Assembly (NCBI RefSeq): GCF_039654945.1
Contig: NW_027361853.1
Span: forward strand, 3,782,001-3,846,000
Length of the DNA stretch: 64,000 nt
Reading direction: 5' to 3'
Source of the DNA: Dendrobates tinctorius
Lineage: Eukaryota
Position numbers and translations under genes: made by a program. Positions within the stretch are counted from its first letter, which is position 1. Each line of letters starts with the position of its first letter. Shown one piece after another: positions 35,340-48,505 of this stretch. The notes beneath the pieces were generated by a model that saw only the letters and a program-made list of their open reading frames with translations, searched no databases and had not been told where the DNA came from.

Positions 35340-36590
35340 CTCGCCATTCATTTATAGACAATCATCTTGGCTATCTTAAACATAACTTTGACTTGCAACA
35401 ATTTAACATATGATTTGTTATGCATATTCTTGCCACGCCACTGCATTGTTACTGTTTTGCTCTTAAAAATCTAAATTTTAATTTTTATTATTTTGTTAGT
35501 ATTTTGTAAATCCACCTTCTACACGTTTCCAAAGTTGGTGCATACTGATTGACTCACTTGGGTATGTATACGTTTTTTTTCTTAAACTCTACCCACAAGT
35601 TTTTGATTGGATTGAGGTCTGGGAACTATTTGGGCCAATCTAGCACCTCTACTTCATTGTCATTCAACCATTTCTTCGCCAATCTCAACGTATGCTTCCT
35701 GTCATTCTTTTGCTGGAACACTAGGTTGTCCTTTTCATACCCAGAATACTTGAGTGTATGAAGTAACTCGTCATGTAGGACAGCATTGAGACCACCATCG
35801 ATCCTGTTCAAGTATCCAACACCTTTGGCCTTGAAACAACCCCATATCATCAGGCTTCCTCCACCAAACTTGACAGTTCCTTCATTTTCTTGATCCATTA
35901 GCACCTATTCAACATGTTTCTTCCAGACCCATTTGCACCTATCATTTCTACTGACAACTGTTCATAGTTTTTTGCAAACTTGAGCTGACGCTTCTCATGA
36001 TAATATTGAAGTCGAGGATTCTTCACCTTTTTTCAGGCCACCATTCCAGACATGTACAACATGCTTGTATGGACGTTTGTGATCTCACTATTATGAAGCA
36101 TACGAGCCGCCTCCACTGCCGTGTTTGTCGCACCAGAACTGATAGACCTTGTGATGAGCCAACTTGTTGACTCCGATATTTTGTCTGGATGTTCACCTCT
36201 TGGCTTCTAAATGGATGGATGGACTTCATTTTGTATTCTTCCAACTATCATGGCAGTCACATGATGCAGTTTGGCATTTTTTTGGGCTGAGAGACAGCCA
36301 TCGATGAGCTGGATGATGCGGTTTCTCTTTTGTTGGGAAATCTTTTTCATGGTTGCTCCTCGATTTGAACCAGTGACCTTTCACTTGGGAATCAACCTAA
36401 TAACACCCTGAGCTATTAGGGAATGTGAGAACAGGTTGTAATTTGTAGTATCCAGGAAGAAAAAGATTTTTCCACCATCAGGAGCAAAACAGTAACAATG
36501 CAGTGACATGACAAGAATCTGCAGAACTAATCATATGCTAAATAGCTGCAAGTAACATTTATGTATGAGATAGCCAAGATGATGGTCCAT
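35340..36590 (-). mobile_element. Tc1-like transposon (third family), decayed; boundaries approximate
   Basis: TVKFGGGSLMIWGCF...FQQKNDRKHT...LDWP (35626-35904). Inverted termini at about 35380-35462 and 36482-36562. Confidence 0.8.
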
Positions 36591-36655
36591 AAAATGATGG
36601 TAGTCTCATATTCAAAGCAATAGTGGATGGTGAGATGTGGAGCCTGAAAGTTGAA

Positions 36656-37574
36656 GGCTATGTGCCCACGTAGCGTTTTAAAACGCACACTGAAAACCGG
36701 ACTCCTTCCCAGAAATCGCATGTTTTTTTCAGCGCGATTTCACCGCGATTTTACCGCGATTATGTTTGCGATTTTGCCGCGATTTTCGCGTGCGATAGTC
36801 AAGCACTTTCCAAGCGATTTGAAGCATCGCTTGGAAAGTGATTGACAGGTTGGTCACACTCGTCAAACATAGTGTTTGACAAGTGTGAGCAGCTGTTTAC
36901 TATTGAGGCCGCCTATGCAGCATCAATAGTAAAAGATAAAATGTTAAAAATGATAAAAAAATAAAAAATCAGGGGTATATTTACCTTCCGATGTCCCGCG
37001 CTGCATTCCCGGGCCTCAGCGTTCCCAGCGATGCCTTGAGAGACCTGTGATGACGTTGGTCTCGCGTTACTATAGCGATCTCGCGAGACCACGTCATCAC
37101 AGGTCCTTGCCGCAAGGCATTACTGGGAACGCTGAGGCCCGGGAAGGCAGCGCGGGACGTCGGAAGATAAATATACCCCGATTTTTTATTCTTTTTTTTA
37201 CAGGGGTATGGTACCCAGGGCCTGGAAGACAGTCTCCTCTCCTCCACACCGTGGGTACCAACCGCACATGAGACACTTAACTTCCCGCATGGTGGGCATA
37301 GCCACATGCGGGAAGTAAGCGGTTCTCATGCATTCCTATGGTTGTGGAATCGCGGCAATTCTATGCGATTCCGCACATAAGAATGAGCATGCTGCGATTT
37401 TTTCCGTGATGCGATTCCGCTGCGGAAAAAAGCGCAGCATTAGCACAGCATGTGGGGAATGCCATAGGAATGCATGGGGTGCGTTCTGTACACGATTTTT
37501 AAACGTTTTCGCAGCATTTTCGTGCCAAAAATCGAGGCAAAAACGCTTAAAAATCACATTGTGGGCACACAGCC
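36656..37574. mobile_element. Palindromic MITE
   Basis: TIRs ggctatgtgcccac / gtgggcacacagcc, gaa direct flanks, internal hairpin at about 36965-37190. Confidence 0.75.
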
Positions 37575-39344
37575 GAAAGGTCAAAACATTGTTGCCCTTT
37601 TGCTTGTCCGTGTATATAAGGAAACAGTACGGAGATATTTCTTAAGATATTTTACTCTTAGGCCTGTGATGATAACAAGAGGCATCCTCTATGTCTACAG
37701 CAGGATTTCCCAAACTTGCCAATTTCTGATGCCTTGCTAATAACTCCATCACCTGTACAATACTAAGCAAATCCTGAAAACATGATCTGTTGTCTGACTG
37801 GTGGTTGGTAACACTGGTCTAGAGGAAAGAAGGTTTAATCAACATCAGAGATATTGATTCTTTACTGTTCAAGTAGTGAGATTATGGCACCTTCTGCCAC
37901 AATGTTCTAATGGTCTATTCACTAAAAAAGTACAAGGAGGCTTGGACGCCTTACTTGAAAAATTTAATATTACAGGTTATGGTCATTAGATTCTGGGATG
38001 GGATGTTGATCCAGGGAGCTAGTCTGAATGCGGTATGTGGAGTCGGGAAGGAACTTCTCCACTGATATAGCAATGGTTTCATGTGGTTTTTGCCTTCTTC
38101 TGGATCAACAGTTTGGGGTATAGGTTGCACACAGTGGACTATTAATCATATACAGCAAAAAAATAAAAACAAAGATTCCAAAATTGATGTTTGCTTTCTA
38201 TTTCTTCCCAACAGATCTCTGAATTTGGCCACTTCAGTGCCACTGCGCTCCACCGAACCCACAGAAGCAAAAGCTGCGTCTGTATGCAGCATCTGAAGCA
38301 TAGAGTTCGAGCCACCAGCGCAACCATAGACTGCTAATGAATCAGAAGCGCACTGCTCCCCAGACAGGAGGAAGCCAAGAGGCAGGGGACTGGTGCGCTC
38401 CTGCTCAACAAGATGAGGATAAATGATTTATTGTCTGACATCGAGTATAGGGCATAAGGGGCAGAGCAGCTTCAAAGAAAGCCAAAATTAGTAGACATGC
38501 ACCAATTCAGTTTTTTTAGTGTGCTTTTTAAAACTACCCATATACATTTAATAAATGGAGGTTGTCACATTTTATCAAGCCCACCAGTCATTTATTCACT
38601 CACAAATAACACCTCTAACAGACACCACTTCCTTTCTCCCCTGCCCATTGAAAGAAAACAAGTACAACTTGGCTGATCCAATAGATCTTTCACATAAGGA
38701 AAAATGGAAAAGAGAGAAACTAAATAGTTAAATACTGCAACTAATGTATATGTGGCTGCAGTTTCCAGCTTGTGTCGCCATTTCTTGACGCAGACTCATT
38801 ACAGAGCAGATTTTACAGGCTGCATTAAAACATTTATTATGAAGGCATAAGTCAGATTTAATTGATCAGTAAATGTTTTGCAGATTTTGGCATCTGCTAA
38901 AGCCCTCGCTGCTATAAGCATGGCCATTAATAACATTTGATTACATGGTTTATGGATTTTCCATCTAGTTTTCTTAAAACAGGTATCTGTTTAAATGACA
39001 GAACTTATTTTATGCTTGTACCAACTGTGATAATCTAACCAATACCACCTCCCAATATTTATTTTATATGAACTTGCAGGCAAACTTAACTCTATCTAAA
39101 GCCAGTTCCCACGTCCCTATTTTACGGTCCGTGCACAGAAGCTATTTCTGGACCCACCGTGGTTTTCATAACTCTGAACTAACAGCCTGTGACCATTTAC
39201 TCTGTGCAAAGGTGCCTGGGATGTCCAGGGAGATCAGTGCATACACTGCTCATGGCTGTCGTGAGAACCAGTGCATGCAATGATGTCGTGCCTACAACGT
39301 ACAGGCTTCTAGGAGAATCTAACTTTGCCCCAAAATGATTCTTA

Positions 39345-39791
39345 GGCTGGAGTCACACACAACCATTAAAAAATCGGTCCGATTTTTATGGTACGAAATC
39401 GCACAAAGATTTCTTGTCCAGGGATCCGTCTGTCATCCGAATTTCCGGCGATGAACCGATTTTATTCGCATCTAAGCATCCGTTTGACATCCAATACCAA
39501 TGCCTGATGCTCTTTCCTGTTGACCTGGAGAAGTCTGGCGATTTTATCGCAAGTCACACTTGTGGTCTGTTTGTAATCCGATTTTTAATCGCGCCCATAG
39601 ACTTGCATTGGCGAGTCCGATCCGAAAATCGGTGACAATCGCAGCATGCTGCGATTGTCTCAGTCCGAGGAAACGTTCCGAAAAAAAATCGGATGATGGG
39701 AGCAGCACCATAGAATAACATTGGGACGAATGCAATGCGATTTTTTATCTCATTGCATTCGTCCGATTTTTTCGCTAGTGTGACTCCAGCC
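39345..39791. mobile_element. MITE (PIF/Harbinger-like), intact
   Basis: TTA TSD; TIR ggctggagtcacac / gtgtgactccagcc. Same family as the split copy 44760-52314. Confidence 0.85.
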
Positions 39792-40054
39792 TTAGAATCT
39801 ATATTTGTCAAGGAAAACAACAGCAGGTAGATCACACAAATCCTACCACTGCCACCAGTTTGTCAAAAGAACACAGCCGGGGAATCAAACAGATCTCCCA
39901 GCTGGTACCAACTTGTCGGGGAACAACACTCCGCCGCCGTCGCCACTCGCTAGGATAATTACAAAACTGGGTGACAAGGGATAGATGAGGCAGCTTCCAC
40001 TACTAGGCCAGTTATTGGGGAACCCACAGTGAGCGTATGGAATATACACATCTG

Positions 40055-41078
40055 ATCCGAATATAAATGGGAAAAAAAATTCCAAGTGCGGTGAAACTGC
40101 AGCAAAAAAAGTGCAATTCCACAACTGTTTTTTAATTTTTTTTTTTTTTTACCATGTTCACCATATGCTAAAAATGACCTGCCACTATGATTCTCCAGGT
40201 CATTACGAGTTCATAGACACCAAACATGTCTAGGTTCTTTTTTATGTAAGTGGTGAAAACAAAATTCCAAAGTTTGTTAAAAAAAAAAAAAAAAAAAAGG
40301 GTAATTTTCAGAGACCCGTAGTGTCTCCATTTTTCGTGATCTCGGGTTGGGTGAGGGCTTATTTTTTTGGTGCCGAGCTGACATTTTTAATGATATCATT
40401 TTGGTGGAGATACAATTTTTTGATCGCCCATTATTGCATTTTAATGCAATGTTGCGGTGACCAATTTTGGGGTTTTGACTTTTTTTCTCATTACGCCGTT
40501 TAGCGATCAGGTTATTTTTTTTTCATATTGATAGATTGGGCAATACCAAATGTGTATGTTTGATTTTTTCGTATTGTTTTATTTTTAATGTGTCAAAAGG
40601 GGGTGATTTGAACTTTTTTTTAAAAAAAATTATATTTTAAAAAACATTTTTTTTTAATTACTTTTGGCAAGCTTTAATAGTCTCCATGGGAATCTAGAAG
40701 CTGCCATAACCGGATCGGCTCTGTTACTTACATGCAATGATCACATCGCCTGTATGTAGCAGAATTGCTGACTTGCTATGAGCACCCCTCGACGGTCTGG
40801 CAGTGACAACCACAGAGGTCTGCAGGAGACCTCTGGTTGTCATGCTGATCCATCGGTGAACCGCGATCATGTGACAGGGTCACCAGCGGGCAAGATTTCC
40901 GGCGCGATTGTCGGAAGCGCGTGTTAAATGCCTGTCAGAGTTTGACAGCGGCATTTAACGGGTTAACAGCCGCGGATGGATCGCGATTCCACCCCCGGCT
41001 GTTCTGGGCACATGTCAGCTCCATCAAAGGGGAAGACATGACATGCGCTGTACATGTACGGAACATATCGTGAAGGGG
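40055..41078. mobile_element. One end of a piggyBac-like non-autonomous transposon; left boundary approximate
   Basis: Terminates ...cgtgaagggg|TTAA at 41078-41082. Confidence 0.5.
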
Positions 41079-41451
41079 TTAATTTTATTGTCTACTGGCT
41101 ATTCCTTAGTTTACCAGCCAATTCTCCAAAGCAGGGATCACAGAGCTCTTTGTTATTGAGCTTGTAAGCGCTGCTCTAAAGTTGATAGGAACGCTGGATC
41201 TGGCTACCAGATCCAAACTGTCAATCAGACGCGCTCCGCCCCTAGACAAGCATGAAAACCTGAGTAAGAGGAGCAGTACGCCCCTGATTAGCAATGATGA
41301 GCCATAACTTTAGGTCAAGATAGCAAAGGTAAAAGATTGCATTTAATATAATATATAATCTATACTATAGTACCCATGTATTTCCCCTCTACCTGTTTTG
41401 CATTAATATATTATAAATGTACAGAAATATAAACCATGTGTTAGCACATAC

Positions 41452-41578
41452 TTGATATAAGTGAGCGCATTGCCATCAGGAAATTCATAGGGGTGGCGTT
41501 TTCTAAAGACATGACCAACACGGCTGCAGGGAACAATTTCTAGGCTACCACCACACATCCAGACCCGGAAAGAGAGTT
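41452..41578 (-). CDS. GALNT16: GALNT16 coding exon (catalytic Gal/GalNAc-T region)
   Basis: 127 nt, [47 protein letters not shown]. Confidence 0.97.
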
Positions 41579-43016
41579 CTGCAATACAACAGGACATCAT
41601 CACATCTCAAAAGCTGGACATAATTGTTTAGACAGTAAATACATAAGATTTTGACTTCCATTTTATGTATTAGCATGTTGTCTAATAAGAAAAGAGAACA
41701 ACTCGAACAATAAGGTTATTGAACAATACTAATACAGAGATCTATAAAACATTTTGAATAAAAAGGATTATTCCCTTTTGGGGGATTTTTAGCAAATGGG
41801 TAAGAATGACAGATATGGGAACTAAACGGAACAGAGATCCCACAACCAACATTCACAAATTCAATGCAGTTTCAAGCATCTGGTTTTTCTGTTGCAATCA
41901 AAGTGATACATCAGACAACCGGCCAAGCAGATTTTAAATGCCATAAATGTCTAATAACTTTTCAAGGAGAATCGGTCACCAGGTTTTTCCTATGTAATCT
42001 GAGAGCAACATGATGTAGGGTTAGAGACCTTGATTCTAGTTATGTGTCACTTACTAGGTTGTGTCTTACTGTTTCCATAAAATCAGTATTTTGTTTTTAG
42101 AAGATTATCACAACAGGACTAGGTGTCTCGTGCTTCCAAGTCAACTGCTATGTGTAACCACGCCCTCACCACTGATTGGCAGCTTTTTGTATATTGACAC
42201 AAAGCAGCCAATCAGTCGTGTGGGCGAGGTTATACAGAGCTCAGCACTCAGAGCTCTGCTAGATCTGCAGCAGAGAAAAAGGGATTTTATATCAACCAAG
42301 TGACACATTGATAAATGCATTGGAAAATTACAAATATGATAAACAAGTGCTGTTAACAGTGGTTAGACTATTATAGAGGCACAATGCTCTAACATAAACA
42401 ATATAACGTATTCAAAGCCACACTATTTAATCAGAATAGTAGCAGTTTATTTTTAGAGAGACTAATACAATGTACTAAATAGTGCAAGTGTAGATAGATT
42501 AAAAAGGAATAATTATTAGGAAAGGTAGGCTTTTGTTTAATGCGTACTTTATGGGTTTGCAAACTTAGATTCCTCATGATTGCTAGAGCAAAGGCTGCAG
42601 CACTGATGTGAAGCCAATGCCCAGTCAGATTGTAACGTAGAGCACCACTCCACCAGTTTTTTTATTTTACTCCTGGAGTGGTGCCATTAATCTAAGTTCC
42701 CTGTCCTTAGTCTCATAATCACCAGCCGCCGTCTTCTTCTGTTATTGGCGGCACTCCAGTCTTCCGCAGGTTGTGACCAGTCTATGAGAGACAAAATGAG
42801 GATCTTATAGACTTACACTGAGAGCTTGTGACCATTACCCTCTAACTTCTGGTCAACCAGAAGTTGCAGTCACAAGATGGCGTATTGGGACCAGAGTAGT
42901 GATGGAAAGAGATAAAGATGGTAGCTGATTTATAAACAATAAAAATATTGGAGTGGTGCTTGGAAAAAAAATGATTTATTCCTGAACTAAATGCTAACAA
43001 TGCTTCTATACACTTA

Positions 43017-43413
43017 GGGTCCCGTTACATTTAGCGATGCACCAGCAATCCCGACAACGATACGACCCGGTCAAGATCGCTGGTGCATCGCTAAATGGTC
43101 ACTAGTGAGCTGCCACACAGGCAGATCTCAACAGTGACGCAGCAGCGATAAACGATCCGTCAGGGGTTGCTCTTACCTGTCACTCCGCAGCGATGATGAC
43201 GACTTCCGCCTGCGTCCATGCATCGCTAGTCGGCGCCAGCGGGACGCCAACGAGGAAAAAATTGCCCAGGACATTCGAGTGCGATCAGCGATATCCGGCG
43301 GGGGGGGGGGGCGGTCGGAGGTAAGTGTCACATGTAGCGAGATCGCTGTTGCGTCACAAAATCCGTGACACTTTAGCGATATTGCTAGCGATCTCGCTGT
43401 GTGTGAAAGGCCC
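43017..43413. mobile_element. MITE (family of 29054-30006)
   Basis: TTA on both sides and shared agcgatgcaccagc motifs. Confidence 0.7.
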
Positions 43414-45778
43414 TTAAGGGACGGGTGCATTAACAATGGTCAATCATCAGGAACAAGCATTAATAGGAGCGAATGTTCATGAGCTGTCGATCACTCGACA
43501 ATTAAAAATTACTGTTCTTGGCAGCACATCAACTTATGTAAACAAGTGATGTGCTGCCAAGAACACTGATTCTCTACAGTGCACAGGATGATCTGATCAT
43601 TAATATGATTGTATTGTGTGCAGCAAGGGCGGTCGGCAGAGTATCTGAACAGGCTATTAAATGACCTACCAGTTTGCATGTAGCAGATTGGCAGCCATTT
43701 TACGTTCGCAGGTTGGCAAGTGTAAGCCCAATTTTATAAGAGGCTGCAGTACATAGCGCCCTTTATACTCATTGCAATGTTCTTGTAATGCATAGAGGCA
43801 TATAGTCCTCCAGACCTTGACAAAAATAGGGAAATTATTGCGTTTGTTGTAGATGCCCTGTTTCTAAATACCCTAGACAAAGAAAAGTGGTGGTGGCACT
43901 CAGCACCGGCGGCACTCACTTTAGTTGCCCCCTCACCCCCTTTTCCTGCTACACTCTTGATCAGAGTATATACCAATGCTTCCCAACCAGAGATCCACTG
44001 AACATGGCAGTGTTGCTCATGAAAAACAGTCTCGGAAGATTTCATCTGCAGCCTACATTTTTTTAATGCGGAGAATACAATATATACTCTGGTTGCCATA
44101 GGTACCAAGATTACTTTTATTAAAAAGACATTCCCGTCACTGAAGTCTTTGGTACATATTGGGTTAACCGTTTTATAGCCCATCATATATGTAAACTGCG
44201 CACATTTACTATTCTGCAGTATATGGAGCTTTAAATCTCTCGCTCTTTTTTTTTGCCAAGTTAATAAAGTGTAATAAAAATCACAGACACACAGAGGAGG
44301 CGGCAGATTCACCCACACATTTGCTACAAATCATAAGATTTATGGGGAGACGCAGGAAGATAAATAGCTGCAAGAATGATTCATCCGTACTTTATGGTGC
44401 AAGAGATAAATGGGTCCAAAACTAGCAAATGTATACCGAGGTTACTTTTCCATCATTGCGGCTTTAGTGATTACTCATCAGCAGCCGGTACAACAGAATA
44501 TGACAAATCCACGCAAATGATCATTTACTATCCATCTGTTATAGTCACGAGAACAAGCAACACTTTCATCCCAGAGAAAGGCAGCAAGGAAGACAGTGTG
44601 GGGTGCGGTACACGCAGCTTCCAGATTTAGGGCAGGGAAAATGTTCATGTAGACTCGTAATCAAATGTGGTCGCTTGTTTTGTTCTCCAATTATAGATCC
44701 AATGAATAAAGAATAAATGGAAATCTGGTAATCGGTGCACATTGCCGATTTTTTAGTAAGGCTGGAGTCACACTCAACAAATAAAAAATCAGTCTGATTT
44801 TAACGGTACGAAATCGCACAAAGATTTCATGTCCAGGGATCCGTCTGTCATCCCATTTTCCGGCGATGAACCGATTTTATTCGCATCTAAGCATCATAGA
44901 ATCATAGAATCGTAGAGTTGGAAGGGACCTCCTGGTCTGTCCAGCCTCTGTTTGAAGACTTCCATTGAAGGAGAACTCACCACTTCTCGTGGCAGCCTGT
45001 TCCACTCTTTGATCACTCTAACTGTCAAAAAGTTTTTTCTAATATCTAATCTGTCTCCTCCCATTCAGTTTCATCCCATTGCTTCTAGTCTTTCCTTGTG
45101 CAAATGAGAATAAAGTTGATCTGTTATGATTGAGTCACCGTAGGAGGCAGACACAAAAATAGAAGCTACGTCCAGAAAAACAGAGAAATTGGCAACTATC
45201 AGATTGCAGACCCCTGAACCTATCAACACAACTAGCAGTAGCCGTGGGGGGTTCCTACGATGCCCTAGACCCCTCGATCACAGCCGGAGCGCTAAATAGC
45301 CTAAAGACAGAAAAGGAAATCTAAACTGCCCCAGAGCAGACCCCAAAGTAAAAGGCAGCCCCCAACATATAATGACGGTGAAGCAAGATGAAAAAACACT
45401 CACACAGATAGAAAGATAGGCTGAGCAAACAATGGGGCCCAAGCTAACTAAACAGAAAAGGAAAGGAAGGTTGCTGTCTGCAATCTGCCAAAACCCTATC
45501 AAAGACATAAGCCAACAAGCTGATATGAAAAAGACCCTGAAGAAGCTGGGCTTCAAAAACTAAATCAGCACTCAGGTATTTTCAGAAGACAGAGCTAAAG
45601 GAATTCAGCACACCCCAGCAGGGAATGGCAGAAATCCAGAAAAACAAAGCAAAACAAAGTCAAAGCACCAATGCAAAAAGCCGAGCAGAAAACTTAGCTT
45701 TAGAGGAGCAGGAATTCAGACTGGTCTCCAAGGATCCCACAGAGAAATCACCCGCAGGGCAGAAGGGCGTCGGCAGCC

Positions 45779-48505
45779 TTATATCCAGTCAGTAACTCCA
45801 CTCAGCCAGTCATCATCATCAGACTCAGGTGTTTGGTAATCCGCCTCACTACCTTCCTTCACCAGAAGAGGGAGTTCATCAGACCTCAATGGTAAAGGGG
45901 AAAATGAACACATAACAGTACCTCCCCCTTGAGGAGGGGTCACTGAACCCTCATCCACGCCACCAGGGCGATCAGGGTGAGCCCGATGAAAGGCACGCAC
46001 CAATCTTTTGGCATGAATATCAGAGGCAGAGACCCAGGAATTATCCTCCTGACCATAACCCTTCCACTTAACCAAATACTGGAGTCTCCGTCTAGCCAGA
46101 CGGGAATCCAGTACTTTCTCTACCTCATATTCCATGTTACCTTCAACCAATACAGGGTCTGGAGGTGCCACCCCCGGAACAACAGGTTCAACAAACCTCT
46201 TCAACAAAGATTTATGGAACACATTATGGATTTTAAATGTGACAGGAAGAGCCAAACGAAAAGAGACCGGATTAAAAATCTCCAAAATCTTGTAAGGTCC
46301 AATAAATCTAGGCTTAAACTTAGGAGAAGCCACCTTCATAGCAATATTTTTTGATGATAACCACACCATATCACCAACCTTAAACTGGGGACCAATGGTC
46401 CTATGTCGGTTGGAAAACCGCTGGGCCTTTTCCTGGGAGAGAGATAACTTATCCACCACTTGGTCCCAGATCTGGTGCATTCTCTCCACCACAGTGTCAA
46501 CACCTGGGCAGGCAGAGGGCTCCACCTGCCCTGAAGAAAATCGAGGATGAAACCCAAAGTTACAAAAAAAAGGTGACATCAAAGTGGCAGAAATAGCTCT
46601 ATTATTTAAAGCAAATTCGGCCAAGGGCAAAAATGAAACCCAATCATCCTGATCAGCAGAAATAAAACATCTCAAATATGACTCCAAGGTCTGGTTTGTT
46701 CTCTCTGTCTGCCCATTGGTCTGAGGGTGAAAAGCAGAGGAGAAGGACAACTGAATTCCCAGCTTGGAACAGAAAGTTCTCCAAAATCTAGACACAAACT
46801 GGACTCCTCTGTCAGATACAATGTTCTCAGGAATCCCGTGCAAGCGAACCACCTGTTGTAAAAACAGGGGCACCAACTCAGAGGAAGACGGCAACTTAGG
46901 GAGTGGTACAAGATGAACCATCTTAGAGAACCTGTCACAAATCACCCAAATAACAGTCATCCTCTGAGAGACAGGCATATCAGAGATGAAATCCATTGAA
47001 ATATGGGTCCATGGCCTCTTGGGGACAGGCAAAGGCATCAACAATCCACTAGAGCGAGAACACGATTTAGACCGGGAGCACGTCCCACAGGACTGCACAA
47101 AATTCCTGACATCACGAGACAAGGAGGGCCACCAAAAAGACCGACTCACCAGATCTCTAGTACCAAAAATACCTGGATGACCAGCCAAAGCAGAGCAATG
47201 AACTTCAGACATCACTCTCTTCTTCCACTGGTCAGGAACATACAACTTTCCACTGGGACAACGCTCAGGTTTGTCCTCCTGGAACTCTTCCAGAGCACGT
47301 CTCAAATCGGGCGAGATGGCAGAAAGAACTACCCCTTCGCCTAAGATGGTAGCAGGCTTGGTCACCACAGGAGAATCAGCAAAGAAGCTCCTAGAGAGGG
47401 CGTCTGCCTTGACATTCTTAGTTCCAGGAAGAAAAGAAACCACAAAATCAAAACGTGTAAAAAACAAGGCCCACCTATCCTGTCTAGGGTTCAAGAGCTT
47501 AGCCGACTCTAGGTAAATCAAATTCTTGTGGTCAGTGAGGACCACGACTTGATGCTTAGCTCCCTCCAACCAATGTCTCCACTCCTCAAATGCCCATTTC
47601 ATGGCCAACAGTTCCCGATTCCCCACATCATAGTTACGTTCAGATGGAGAGAACTTTCGGGAAAAGAAAGCACAGGGATTCATTTCAGATGTTACAGGAT
47701 CCTTTTGGGACAAAACAGCTCCTGCACCAATCTCAGAAGCATCCACCTCTACCTGGAACGGAAGTGAGACATCAGGTTGCCGCAAAACCGGGGCGGAGGT
47801 GAATCTTCGCTTCAGCTCCTGAAAGGAAGAAACAGCCTCCGGAGACCAATTTAACACATCAGCACCCTTCTTAGTCAAATCAGTCAATGGCTTGGCAATA
47901 CTAGAAAATTTTGCTATAAATTTCCGATAAAAATTAGCAAAACCCAAAAACTTCTGGAGGGCCTTCAAAGAAGTGGGCTGAACCCAATCATAAATGGCCT
48001 GTACCTTGGCCGGGTCCATTTCAGTAGTTGACGGGGACAAAATAAATCCCAAAAAAGAAATCCTCTGTACTCCAAAAAGGCATTTAGATCCTTTGACATA
48101 CAGGGAATTCTCCCTCAAGATCCGGAACACAGTCCAAATATGTTCCACATGAGAATCCCAATCCTTGGAGAAGATCAAAATATCATCCAGATAGATAATC
48201 AAAAATGTATCGACAAAATCTCGGAAAATATCGTTCATGAAGCACTGGAAGACAGAAGGGGCATTAGTGAGCCCAAAAGGCATCACCAGGTACTCAAAAT
48301 GTCCCTCCGGAGTATTAAACGCCGTCTTCCATTCATCCCCATGCTTAATGCGAATAAGATTATACGCCCCCCTGAGGTCAAGCTTGGTAAACCAGCAAGC
48401 ACCTTTAACTCTGGAGAATAGATCAGAAATCTGGGGTAACGGATACTGATATTTAACAGTAATTTTGTTGAGGGCACGATAATCAATACAAGGTCTTAAT
48501 GATCC
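45779..48505 (-). CDS. Gypsy pol: RT (YLDD), RNase H, integrase, chromodomain; open frame running into the 3' LTR
   Basis: ORF 45779-48286 extends upstream without stops to about 48505 (LRPCIDYRALN). Chromodomain YEVEKVLDSR...[15 protein letters not shown]. Confidence 0.9.
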   Translation of the reverse strand, partial: GSLRPCIDYRALNKITVKYQYPLPQISDLFSRVKGACWFTKLDLRGAYNLIRIKHGDEWKTAFNTPEGHFEYLVMPFGLTNAPSVFQCFMNDIFRDFVDTFLIIYLDDILIFSKDWDSHVEHIWTVFRILRENSLYVKGSKCLFGVQRISFLGFILSPSTTEMDPAKVQAIYDWVQPTSLKALQKFLGFANFYRKFIAKFSSIAKPLTDLTKKGADVLNWSPEAVSSFQELKRRFTSAPVLRQPDVSLPFQVEVDASEIGAGAVLSQKDPVTSEMNPCAFFSRKFSPSERNYDVGNRELLAMKWAFEEWRHWLEGAKHQVVVLTDHKNLIYLESAKLLNPRQDRWALFFTRFDFVVSFLPGTKNVKADALSRSFFADSPVVTKPATILGEGVVLSAISPDLRRALEEFQEDKPERCPSGKLYVPDQWKKRVMSEVHCSALAGHPGIFGTRDLVSRSFWWPSLSRDVRNFVQSCGTCSRSKSCSRSSGLLMPLPVPKRPWTHISMDFISDMPVSQRMTVIWVICDRFSKMVHLVPLPKLPSSSELVPLFLQQVVRLHGIPENIVSDRGVQFVSRFWRTFCSKLGIQLSFSSAFHPQTNGQTERTNQTLESYLRCFISADQDDWVSFLPLAEFALNNRAISATLMSPFFCNFGFHPRFSSGQVEPSACPGVDTVVERMHQIWDQVVDKLSLSQEKAQRFSNRHRTIGPQFKVGDMVWLSSKNIAMKVASPKFKPRFIGPYKILEIFNPVSFRLALPVTFKIHNVFHKSLLKRFVEPVVPGVAPPDPVLVEGNMEYEVEKVLDSRLARRRLQYLVKWKGYGQEDNSWVSASDIHAKRLVRAFHRAHPDRPGGVDEGSVTPPQGGGTVMCSFSPLPLRSDELPLLVKEGSEADYQTPESDDDDWLSGVTDWI

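Noticed and set aside
43734-44318. 194-aa minus-strand ORF in a GALNT16 intron
   Set aside because: It has no motif and a GTG start, and the GALNT16 exon chain is complete without it.
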